A stretch of 64,000 nt of DNA from Ascidiella aspersa (lineage: Eukaryota): contig OZ004609.1 in the NCBI GenBank assembly GCA_963924565.1, positions 7,502,001-7,566,000 of the forward strand, in the 5' to 3' direction. The translations under genes were made by a program, and so were the position numbers. Within the stretch, counting starts at the first letter, position 1; each line of letters opens with the position of its first letter. Positions 10,501-21,600 of the stretch are shown here, in pieces. A model generated the notes under the pieces. The model did not search any database. It saw nothing but the letters and a program-made list of their open reading frames with translations, and had not been told where the DNA came from.

Positions 10501-12450
10501 TGTAAGGACAAAAGCTGCCTTATATAAAATTTTCAAGTGCGTAGTGGTTAAACGAGGGGTGACACATTTTTCGATGCCGATAATTGTAACAGAGAAACAT
10601 TGTTTTTTGCAAAAACTAAATTAATTTTTTTTTTGTTTTCTATTAAAAAGTCATTCAATTTTTTCCCAAAAATACAGCTTTTAGAAATACGTGGAGGGAA
10701 AATCAATTGTTTTAAAGCTAGCGACCTGAAATTTTTTTTAGTATGTTTTGTTGTTGCTAGGGTTGATTAAAATAGGCTTGCAAAAAATTGTGTCCCTCTT
10801 TTTGTTCAACTAATTACTCGCAATCATTCTCAGTGCCTTAACCAACGTCTGCTGGAACGAAAGAAAAAGCTATTATTTGATGGTTGCTTGAAATCGCGAT
10901 TTAAACATTCAAGTTTACAATGTGCCTTTATCACCTGTCGGATCCACTTTAATCTGATTTTTATGTTAAGATAGTAAATTTTACCAGGGATACCAACTAC
11001 CACAGTCGCACGTTATGCTATTATTGTTCCCTAACGTTACGACGCACAAACAGTTTTAAAGACCTTATGCGAACATTGAAAACAACAAAATTATGCCGTT
11101 GTTTTACGTCATGTTCGGGTTTTGATTTTTAAAAGCACATGAAAAATCTAAGGAATATATCAAATAAATTGAGTCGAAACTAGAAATGTTTTGGTAAAAC
11201 TAAAAGCCCGATTACCAAATTGGCGCAAGAGACACCAATTATTATCACTATCGTTTAGGAGGCCAAGATTAGTGTTTTTTATAATTAAACACAACACGTG
11301 TAGTTCTAAAATCTAGACTGCGTATAGCAGTAGAAAGAAATGCGTCCCTACGGTCGTGGAATAGACAAATCTCTGTGCAATATAAATATAGTAAATTAAA
11401 ATAAAAACACTAATTTTTGTTTGAAGCCGTACTTTATATACCTTTTGCCCAAACGCAATTCTTGTATCTACATCGGGGTAGACTTTTAAATAAATTGTAT
11501 TTAGTGCTTAGCCGCAATATTTTTGTGATGTTTTTTGTTTCTTTTGTTTTCATATATCTCAATTGAAATATTTTTAGTATCAGAGCTGATATGCCCGGTG
11601 CTAAGTGATATAGTATCGGCACTCGTCCGATATTCTTGTGGTATCGGTGCTAATTTAATCCAACACGATATTGCAATTTGTTTTGCGAGCAAAAGTTGTT
11701 AACAGTCAAAAAAGATATTTCAAAATCGTTGTTCATCAACAACCAAGGGTAATTGGGCTTCTCAAAGCGCAAGATCACATTAACCTTGACAAAATGCCTA
11801 CACACGTTTTAAGTTCGCCAATTTGACTTGTTTGGCCATCGTAGCAACGTTAATCGACTGCGCTTCCGTACTTCGCCCCAAATATCGGCAATCGGAATAA
11901 AACACGAAAGATAGAGAACCCTCTATAGTCACCAAAAGTATTACAGAGCTCTTGGCAACTAACCGTGTTACCGTCTATTTGTGATTTCATACTTGAAGCA
12001 ATGCACCTGGATAAACGTTAGTTTTTCTCTACAGTTTTATCTGCAGTTGTTTGTTTTAGACCTAACGAGTCTAACTGTGAAGAAAAAAATGGTTTAGTGT
12101 CAAATCACGGGCTCGGGCATTTTACCACAATCTTCCCGGAAACGTTTCTGCAAATCATCGAAAAAAAACCTGCAAAACGTGAAGAAAGGTGGCAAGAAAT
12201 GCCACATAACGTTAGCACTAGTGTCCTTTTCTAAAAGACGTTCAACATGGCAGTAACGTAAATTCATCGTTGGGTGACGTCATACTGCTGTGTCGTCCGA
12301 GGAAATCTATAGCTGTAAATTGACAGAAAATTTCTCCAGAGGTTTAGCAAGAGGCACAAAGCAAGGACGAAATAAGCGTCACTGCTTTCGAAAAAAATAT
12401 TAACGAGAACTCACCGCAATGCAAGCCAGTAGAACGATCAGGATTCTCAT
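4480..12450 (-). CDS. Copy A: intact 11-exon gene for a ~658-aa secreted Tyr/Cys-rich, helical-rod block protein
   Basis: Coding exons: 12450-12415, 9587-9395, 8524-8344, 7860-7687, 7376-7216, 7147-6925, 6613-6492, 6206-6002, 5789-5477, 5273-4960, 4534-4480. All introns are GT-AG with phases 0,1,2,2,1,2,1,2,0,2. The exons sum to 1977 nt, one open frame ending in TGA. The N-terminus MRILIVLLACIAAANA is a typical signal peptide. Confidence 0.92.
4960..5273 (-). CDS. Copy A exon 10 (AIQVQIGRY...TYRYKYRSY)
   Basis: Acceptor ctttccAG; donor TG|GTAAGT. Confidence 0.9.
5477..5789 (-). CDS. Copy A exon 9 (INNSKELTTEQQ...CLKKAVDD)
   Basis: Acceptor ctttgcAG; donor GAT|GTGAGT, phase 0. Confidence 0.9.
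6002..6206 (-). CDS. Copy A exon 8 (DAVNPTADDAVKDM...LINHYYC)
   Basis: Acceptor tttacAG; donor AT|GTAAGT. Confidence 0.9.
6492..6613 (-). CDS. Copy A exon 7 (CRSLRNWYCFKSSYCVRSYSIGPFCYRWRKVSYTGLKTCDV)
   Basis: Acceptor tttaaAG (an alternative in-frame CAG lies 6 nt downstream); donor G|GTAAGT. Confidence 0.85.
6925..7147 (-). CDS. Copy A exon 6 (EKLDTETHLTDEV...LVMYYSCAYRC...YYHG)
   Basis: Acceptor tttacAG; donor TG|GTGAGT. Confidence 0.9.
7216..7376 (-). CDS. Copy A exon 5 (RAVECLNTRNTKISEY...CSLERAH)
   Basis: Acceptor ttgcAG; donor G|GTAGGT; followed by a 68-nt intron. Confidence 0.88.
7687..7860 (-). CDS. Copy A exon 4 (DAKEEEADKQTLRDERDEK...YHKELVS)
   Basis: Polypyrimidine tract plus ctaacAG; donor CG|GTTGGA (phase 2), compatible with exon 5. 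Confidence 0.86.
8090..8153 (+). mobile_element. Single terminal remnant of a hAT (Buster/Charlie-type) element in intron 3
   Basis: CAGTGGTTCCCAAAC terminus followed by a cgcggcacac subterminal motif. The preceding 8-mer tttTAaac fits the nnnTAnnn target preference. No opposite TIR was found in the intron. Confidence 0.55.
8344..8524 (-). CDS. Copy A exon 3 (EKTVDEVKTEMEGELSTEY...HIETYYKYLI)
   Basis: Acceptor ttttgcAG; donor GA|GTAATT; open, charged helical frame that the ORF track misses. Confidence 0.88.
8748..9079. repeat. ~330-bp GC-richer element, copy in intron 2 (in every unit)
   Basis: Same-orientation diverged match to 3723-4052. Confidence 0.85.
9395..9587 (-). CDS. Copy A exon 2 (AANAGSYYYTYGYKYYC...DCGTEGWQ; first Tyr/Cys block)
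   Basis: Acceptor ttaatgcAG; donor G|GTTTGA (phase 1), compatible with exon 3. Confidence 0.88.
12275..12282. promoter_or_regulatory. Full CRE palindrome TGACGTCA near the 5' end of intron 1 (also 1064-1071 and the other units)
   Basis: Exact 8-bp consensus about 135 bp inside intron 1; function untested. Confidence 0.35.
12415..12450 (-). CDS. Copy A exon 1 (MRILIVLLACIA)
   Basis: ATG lies 41 nt downstream of the Inr +1. The donor is GCG|GTGAGT, phase 0. It joins exon 2 to complete the signal peptide ...AANA. Confidence 0.88.
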
Positions 12451-12487
12451 CTTCTGCAAGTTCTCTTCCTCTTGTCTTCGAGTGAAA

Positions 12488-12522
12488 GACTGAAGATGGC
12501 TTATTGGTGCGGCGATTATATA
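12488..12522 (-). promoter_or_regulatory. Core promoter of copy A: TATA box plus initiator (also upstream of the other exon-1 copies, e.g. 1277-1311)
   Basis: TATATAA at 12522-12516 and TCAGTC at 12493-12488. The A(+1) at 12491 puts the TATA start at -31, the canonical spacing. Confidence 0.85.
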
Positions 12523-15500
12523 GAGTATCGCGTGGCTTTGAAGAGGTGCTGTTTTTAACAACCAGGCAAAATATTTTGTGGCCGCTGTTGGAGCACCGGA
12601 CACCTGAGACGCAAAGCACTCTCGACAAATCGCGTCGTGGCCCTCATGCAAGCGCGTTCAGCTAACCTTCAAGTGTAGTTTCGTGCATGCCTGCCACTCT
12701 CGCCTGTCAATCATCCTGCATATCGTCTGTGCTGTGAGCCGTTTGTCACATTGATCAAGGGTCTAATCGCGCAGTAATTGCTCTCGGGACGCAAAATTCC
12801 GCTAGGTTTGCGACATCTGAAGTTCCACCTGACGATTGTTGAAGAGCTCTCGTCCAGAGCCGACCGATTCCGTGACGATCGAATCGCTGAGGTTTGTATG
12901 TTTAAGCACTACCTGCCGATGAATCGAGAGCTCGCGCAACAATCAATTCCTCTCGTGCCGATGCAATGTTTTCAACTTGTTATGACGTTGACGATGATGT
13001 TGCTATGCCACGTGGTGCACACATGTCAAGGGCTAACTAGGAAAATCTACCGGTAATTTTCCACTGTGGTTGGATTCCGCTGACAGTTATCCAGACACTG
13101 CAAAAATGGATGCTCTCTTAATTAGTTGATGTCTGGATCGCATTTAAGTGAAATGCAGCACTAGGCTACAAAACAATACTATGACTATCAATATCATCAC
13201 TGTTTACTTTGATGTAAATCATTCAACACACTAATAAAAGGTGATGTATTTAACTTATCTTTGTTTTTGTCTTAAGCTGTGTCTAAATCAAATAATTTTG
13301 TTAATAACGCTTCAGATGTGTAAGCAAATTATATAAGACCCATTTGTTTTTTTGTCCGATTGGGTTTTACAGTGTAAATTTCCGAACATCTACATTTTTC
13401 CTTGTGTGTTTCGTAAAATGCTTGCTGCACGTTAAGCCCCAAAGCTGTGTTTTAATTGTTTCAATGTGGTTCGCTACTTCGCACCTTGCAGTAGATACAT
13501 TTTATTTTAGGCACCACAATTGGCGCTGTTTTCGAATTATCCGTGACGATCGAACCACTGAGGTTTGTCTGTTTTAAGCATAACCTGCCGATGAATCGAG
13601 AGCTCGGGCAGCAATCAATTGCTCTCGTGACGATGCAATGTTTTCCGGTTGTTATGACGTTGACGATGAGGTTGCTATGTCACGTGGCTCACAGATGTCA
13701 AGCGCTAAATTGGAACTTACTGGTAATTTTCCACTGGGATGTATATCAATCAAAGCAGCACTTAGAGTGTATTCGGGTTTTGATTTACCACCTTAGCTTG
13801 CCCTGTTAACACGAATTTAGGCACTTTACAACTACTCCTATCTCACATATTTATGGAACATTTCTTTACGACAAACAGTTAACCTAAAGTCTTTTTAAAA
13901 ACCCAGTTTAAAAACCTGGGTATGCGTGTGTATGAAGATGGAATTATCTAATTTGATAGGCGCATTATTTCGCTTTAAAAAATACATTTTAATGTTTTTA
14001 ACAATAGTTTATAAAATAAAGTGTTTTTTATCTTGTGTCGATCTTAAACGTATTGTTTAGGTATCACTAATCAGTAACCTGCACTTGATAATTTCGGGGA
14101 CTTTGGCAAGTTCTGAACGTTTTAAAATAAATGTAGCAATTATTTTAGCGAAACCGGAAGAAAATACCCTGGTCTGTGTCTGAATTGGTTAGCAAGTATT
14201 CAAACACGCCACCTAGCAGCACAAAGATAATTTAGCAACTGTTACATTTGGCGTTTTTGTTTAAACTTTAGTTGAAATCACTTTTCGGAAAAGCAGCTTT
14301 ATGTATTGCGAAGTAGTAATGTTCTTACAACATATCTCCCTTTAAATTTTGTTTTATTTTGTATTTTCTGTTGGAGAAAACGAAATTTAAATATAGTTGT
14401 TTTTATTCAATTTTCGAGTCATAAATAATATGACTATAGGCCTATCACTTTGCCTCCACTCCAATGCATATCGGCCAAATAGGTGTTTTAGTTTGTATTT
14501 ATTAAAGGAGGAATTAAAATATTCTCTTAAATGTGCATTTGTTCTGAATATGCTAAATTATATTCAAAATAAAGCGGCTACTTTTTAACATACCCGTGTA
14601 TGGCAAAGATTATTTAGATATTAGTAGGTTTTCTGCAACATATCAGATTTCATGTTGTGCTAAACGGGCTTGAAATGGTTAACTTTTGCATACGCAATAA
14701 ACTCCTAGATTCAATGTAGAGTAACTAAATCAGGAAACTTCATTAGGAACATTTTGGTTTATAATTTTTGGCAGTTGAAAAATATTTGTATAATTTTAAG
14801 CGCTTAGCATATTTTCAGACAAAACTGCATAAACGTTATTGCTACACTTCATAAATAATATTGTTGCAAAGTTGTATTCAGGTGAAAAGTCAAACAAGGA
14901 TAAGCATCGATGAAGAATACCGCTCGATTTTTTGGTTGCGGGGGAGCTGGAAAGGATTGTCTGGCGAGCGGTGATATAGGCAGCTAGTTGAAGAATTTGT
15001 GGAAAGTTGCAGTTCGGGACGGGCGCAAGTGGGTCGGGCTTTGCGGTGAGGGGCAGCCAAAGGGCTTTCGGACAAATTCGGGTTTGCAAAAGGTTTATTT
15101 TGTTTCCAAAACTGTCTGCGCAACGTTGTTCAGCAGCTAGCTAGCTAGCAGCAAGCAGTTTCACCTTAGGCTCGATTGTTACGTCATAATGCCCTGGAAG
15201 GTGGCGAGATTCGTATGCGCTAATGCATTAGGGAAAAAGGCCGGTTCAGTATTGGGAGTTTTTTTCTTTGCGATTAGGAGCGTTTATTGGTTTTTGTTTA
15301 GTTGTTTATGTTCGACACAATAAGTCAAAATTTCAAAGTGTTAAAACAAGTTGCGCTTTATTGTTGCTAAAGGGAAAAATAGTTAGAGCTCTAGATTTTA
15401 TCACATTTTAGTCGCCATCGAAAATGGGCAAGTTGTTCGAGGGTGCTAACAAACATAAAATGAATGTTGATACTCCTGTTTTATCCTATATCATTAGCAG

Positions 15501-15689
15501 TATTTCCTGAAATCAAACAAAACCGTCTGCCCAAAAAAGTCAACTTGAAACAAACACAATTTAATGTTGTTATTTTTGTTTTATTTTTCCGCAACGATGT
15601 TGGAAATCAAGTGAAGGTTTATTAAGTAAGCCATCACAATTCTAATTGACACTACGTTTCCCAACATCGTCCACTGGTTGACGAGATAC

Positions 15690-18600
15690 TCAGCAGTACC
15701 TGTAGCGACCTCTGTAGCAAGACAGGCGGTATCTGTAGGTACGGCTGAAAGAAAACAACAAGGATTAGGTACAAACCAAATATCAGCTTAAAAATTCCAA
15801 ATCGCTTTGCGGTTGAATTCTATTGATATGTGTGCCGCTATTTTTCGTTAGAATGGATAAAAGACAATTAACTATATACTAAATGTAAAAAACGCTTCAT
15901 AAAACGGAATAACCTAGGATTAAAAACAAAAAAGTTTTGCAAACCTTAACATAACATAACGACAACATTTTCCAAATTACATTACGTAAAGGGCTAGATT
16001 CCAATTTGTTTACATGGGTGCAAAATAGTTAAGACCATAATATTCTCCATCCGAAAGAGATCGTCTTCATAGAACAGAAACACTAAACTATTGCCAATCT
16101 TATTGCAACGGGAAAACAGCAGGAAAGGTGAAATTAATCTAATTGCAAATAAGTAAAAGGCGACTTACCAGTAAGAGCGGTACTTGTAGCGGTAGGTGCA
16201 GCCGCTTGGATAGCAGATGCTCCACTTGTAGTAGTTGCCGAAGCAGAAGCCGGGGAAGCACCACCTGGCGATCTTGCATTTGTAACAGCACGAATAATAC
16301 TGAACCAAAGCGGGCAAGTCGGTTTGCCAGCACTCGTCGAACTTGGCAAGGATCTCGTCATCCCTGTATTTGTTCAATGCCGCGGTATATTTGGTGATGA
16401 GTGTGGTGACCTCATCGGGCAAGGTTTCGCCGAACATGAACTTCAGCATGCTCGTGTAACGACCAATTTGAACAAGAATGGCCTGGAAAGTGCAGTTTAC
16501 AAATAAAAATTAGCTCGTTGTATAAAAGGTATTCGCACAGTTTTTCTCAGCGTATGGTGTAGCACTTTTATTTGCGAGTGACCAAAAAACTGAAATCAAG
16601 TGCAGAATATTTGTGCAATATTTACTTAATCAACACCGTGTAAATATAATAATACGTTAGACCCCTTAGATTTACTCACATCGTCAACGGCCTTCTTAAG
16701 ACATTCGCGTTGTGCGTCGCGTTTTCCTTCCAACTTTGTCTGATATTCACCGATTGCCGTAGTTCTGTCAGTAAGACACGTTGAGTACTTGGTTTTGACG
16801 TCTTCGATGTAGCCTTCAAGACGCAGTTTGTAGGCGTCGCGTTTTGCGTTGAAGTCTGTCTCGGCATCATCACGGTAACCCTTGAGCTTTTCCTCGTATT
16901 CTGTCACTTTGCCGTCAACCAAACCTTCCAATTCGCTCTTTCTAGCGTCAACCGCTGTTTGCTGCTCGGTCGTCAGCTCCTTGGAATTGTTGCTGCAAAG
17001 TCAAATAATAACAGTTTAAGCAATTTCAATTAAAAAGTAGTTGATTTTCAGATTTCTGATAACAAGTAGTTGATTTTTGTAAAACAAAGCTCAAGTGATG
17101 TTCGAACCAAAGAACGTCGGAATGGGGACACAAGCAAACTGGAATGAGTTCGAAACTTGGTGAAAGAACGATGTGCTAATGCGGCGATGAAGAAAGCAAC
17201 TTACATGCAATAGTAGTGGTTGATCAATTGGTTGACTTCCCACTCGTCACGAGCCTCGACCACTTCGCGATACTTAGTGGAGTAAGTTGCATGGATACCC
17301 TCCCACTTGAGCTTCCAAGCGTCGAACAAGTCTTGGATTTTAGTGATTGCGTCGTTCTTTGCTGTTGTCATATCCTTAACGGCATCGTCTGCTGTTGGGT
17401 TAACTGCGTCTGTAAATAGAAGCACAAGTCAAAACAAAATTCATGGCAATATAAGTGTAAACATTGTGCTCCTAAAGAAAAGCCGTGGATAGACGACATT
17501 CAAAAAGTGGTTAAAAATCTATTAAAAGGCGACAAATCGTATTAAACGGCTTTCATGAAAAAGTTTCATAGTTCCTTTAAAAGTCAAATATTGCTTTTTT
17601 ATGGCAATAAAAACGTAACTAAAAACAAGGTAAAGTATAAATTATTCAAGTTTCGTTTAAAAACTAAACAGAAAGTATCGCATGGTTTACTTACCAACGT
17701 CGCAAGTCTTCAGGCCAGTGTAGCTGACTTTACGCCATCTGTAGCAGAATGGGCCGATGGAGTATGAGCGGACACAATAACTGCTCTTGAAGCAGTACCA
17801 GTTTCTCAGACTGCGACTTTAAACGAAATTAACATTGAGTGGATACTATCTACTGAATTACAACAGGTTTTTAGAAATAATTTACGTGTTTAACATTCTG
17901 GTAAGAGTTTGTCAATTGTAATAACTTTTGTGGCACTTAACCCGTTTCGTATAGGCAGGTTCATATTGACCGTATGAATATTTTGAATAGGCAATATAAT
18001 TATGTAGAAAAAGTACTAGGAATTGTGGAACACGTTTGTTGATATATTTAGTATTTTGTAAAATAGCATTGTTTTATTTGTTATTGTGCGATATTCTGTT
18101 TAGTTTTGCAGAATCAAAGCACTCACCATCCATGATAGTAGTTACGCTTGTAGAATTTGAGGTAACAATTGGTGAGGAAGCATCTGTAGGCGCAAGAGTA
18201 GTACATGACAAGCTTATCCTTATTTTCGTTCAGCTTGGTTTCGTATTCATCCGCCCAACCAGTGATCTTAGCAGTTTCGTCATCGCTGTACTTGGTAATG
18301 GCAACTTCAATCACATCGTCGGTCAAATGTGTTTCCGTGTCCAACTTTTCTGTAAATTGTTGCATTGCAATGACTCGAGCAGATATCGCATTGTAAGTTG
18401 CTCGACGTCCAACCTACCGTGAGCGCGTTCAAGGGAGCAACGAAGAGCCGCCTTCTTCTGTTCAAGGATTTTGTTGTGGTATTCGGTGAACTTCGTCTTG
18501 TAGTCGGTCACCTTTTGAGCCAGGGCGGACGTGTATTCAGTGATCTTGGTGTTCCTTGTGTTAAGGCATTCGACGGCACTGCAAACAATATTTGACGGTT

Positions 18601-21600
18601 TGAATGGCATATTAAAAGGTACTGTGTTTGCTAAATTATAGCACTTGATTTGTCAAGATTAAAATCGTTTTCCACATATCTTGACGTTTACTTAACACTG
18701 TGATATATTTATAAACAACTATATGGAATTGCAAGAATGTGCCAAAAAATGTCCTACGGTAATGACTACGTTATCACACATATTAAATTTAAACTTTTTA
18801 AAATGACAAATGCAATCGCTTTATTGTTGCATATGTTTGGTATTTAGATTTTTTAAGTGAATAAGTATTGAAGGTATCCAACCGTGAGACCAACTCCTTG
18901 TGGTAATCTCCAACCGCTGTTTTCTTTGCCGCAAGAGCAGTGCCATAATCGCTTTTTGCTTTTGTGACTTTACCGTCGATATCTTCGTTGTAGAGTCTTA
19001 TCTTTTCATCCCTTTCGTCGCGAAGTGTTTGTTTATCCGCCTCCTCTTCTTTGGCACTTTTAGAAAGAAAAAAACATTATTACAAGGTTTTGTGAATCTC
19101 TTTTGTGAAAAAAACAAATAAACATTAAACTGGATCTTTAACAGAAAAATAAATTGAGCATAAATTAATGTATCAGGCAGTTTATTGGCCGTACGAAAAT
19201 TCGAGTTTGTATGTTTTTTTGTTTAAAATTTATTAGGCTAATGTTCACCACCAACCATTTCGGACTGTCGTTTTAGCTTTTAAACCTGTGGTTCCCAAAC
19301 ATGTTTGGCTCGCTGCACACATAAAAATCTTAAGTATTTCGCGGCACACTTTTAACAGAAAACAATAGAGTAATCTTAAAATCGCCCTTAACACACGACG
19401 AACTATATGTAAAAGTCTCAAAATTATTAGTTTGTAATGGATAGTGCGTATTTAAGTGTAAAATGATTGTGTATATGCCTATTTGTAATACAAATACTTA
19501 TTACTAAATCATGAAATGTTGATATAAAGAACGTCTAATTACTCAATCAAGTATTTGTAATATGTTTCAATGTGATTCTTGAAGGCATCTTTGTAGAGGC
19601 CGGCACGCTTGTCTAAGTCGGCTTCCCAGTCGGTTTTACGCGAGTCCATCTCTCCAGTGATCCTAGTGTACTCAGTTGAAAGTTCTCCTTCCATTTCTGT
19701 TTTGACTTCTTCGACGGTTTTTTCTGCAAAACAATGGTGATTTTCAGATGGAGAAGCATTACCAAGCTAATACCCTGCATTGAAGAATAACGTTAAGCTT
19801 TTTTGCATTCATAAACAGCTTCAACTTACAAGACAAACTTAACTGCTAGACTTTTGACGGTAATGAATAAATAATAAATAAAAGGGGTGGGGCACTGCTA
19901 GATTTAGCACTTGCAGATTATTGCGTCATAATTAAATAAAAACAATGTGGTTTCGAGGGGCGCAAGAGAGTGTTGCCAACAAGGGAGCGGCGAAATGTGC
20001 AGCCAACTGAACAACTCGGTGGAAATCTGTTTTTGGGCTGGATGCCGGAGGGTAATTCGTGGTGGCTATGCGAGGCCAAAGAGTTCCCGAACGAATTTAT
20101 GCGAGGCAACTTCGCAAAAGTTTTATTTTGTCTCCCAAAACCTATGCGCAACGTTGTTCAACAGCTGTCTAGCAGTAACAGTTGACCTAAAGTGCGAGTA
20201 TTACGTCACAATGCCGTGTAAGGTGGCGTGATTTTCTAGTGCTGTAGAGAAAGGCCAGTTTAGTAGTGAGTGTATTTCGCAAAAGAAAAAGCAGGCGAGC
20301 ACTTTGCTTTTTCCTTTGCGCATATGCAAGGTTGTTTCATGTTTTAAAGTTTGCATATCTTACGCAGGCTGCTTAAAGTTTAGCAAAAACTTTTAAATTT
20401 AGAGCAACACCAAAAACAACAAGTTACGGGTTTTGTTTGAAATATTCAGCAATTTGTTTTATGTTTTACTTGTTTTAGTGCAATACCACAGGCGTTTTGT
20501 TTTCAAAAAGAATTTTACATCAATAGAAGAAAAAAGAACTGAAGAAAAAATTACGAGTTTTAGGCGATAAAACAGTGAGAAATCATTTAAAGGAATAAAC
20601 ATTTAAGGGGATACACTTAAACGCGCTTTATTATTAGCAGGCTCACTTCCCATCTGTCAACTGTGGGGAATAAAGTATAAAAGTCAAACAAACAACGCGT
20701 ATATTTCTACTGAATTCGCCTAGAATTAGGCGGTATTTCCAACAACTCAACAAAATCAAAACAGTCTCAATAATGGATTGTAGATTGTTGGTAAATTTAT
20801 CGGGCCTTCAACACATCTAGCCTTGTGTAAGGACAAAAGCTGCCTTAGATAAAATTTTCAAGTGCGTAGTGGTTAAACGAGGGGTGACACATTTTTCGAT
20901 GCCGATAATTGTAACAGAGAAACATTGTTTTTTGCAAAAACTAAATTAATTTTTTTTTTGTTTTCTATTAAAAAGTCATTCAATTTTTTCCCAAAAATAC
21001 AGCTTTTAGAAATACGTGGAGGGAAAATCAATTGTTTTAAAGCTAGCGACCTGAAAATTTTTTTAGTATGTTTTGTTGTTGCTAGGGTTGATTAAAATAG
21101 GCTTGCAAAAAATTGTGTCCCTCTTTTTGTTCAACTTATTTCTCGCAATCATTCTCAGTGCCTTAACCAACGTCTGCTGGAACGAAAGAAAAAGCTATTA
21201 TTTGATGGTTGCTTGAAATCGCGATTTAAACATTCAAGTTTACAATGTGCCTTTATCACCTGTCGGATCCACTTTAATCTGATTTTTATGTTAAGATAGT
21301 AAATTTTACCAGGGATACCAACTACCACAGTCGCACGTTATGCTATTATTGTTCCCTAACGTTACGACGCACAAACAGTTTTAAAGACCTTATGCGAACA
21401 TTGAAAACAACAAAATTATGCCGTTGTTTTACGTCATGTTCGGGTTTTGATTTTTAAAAGCACATGAAAAATCTAAGGAATATATCAAATAAATTGAGTC
21501 GAAACTTAGTGTTTTTTATAATTAAACACAACACGTGTAGTTCTAAAATCTAGACTGCGTATAGCAGTAGAAAGAAATGCGTCCCTACGGTCGTGGAATA

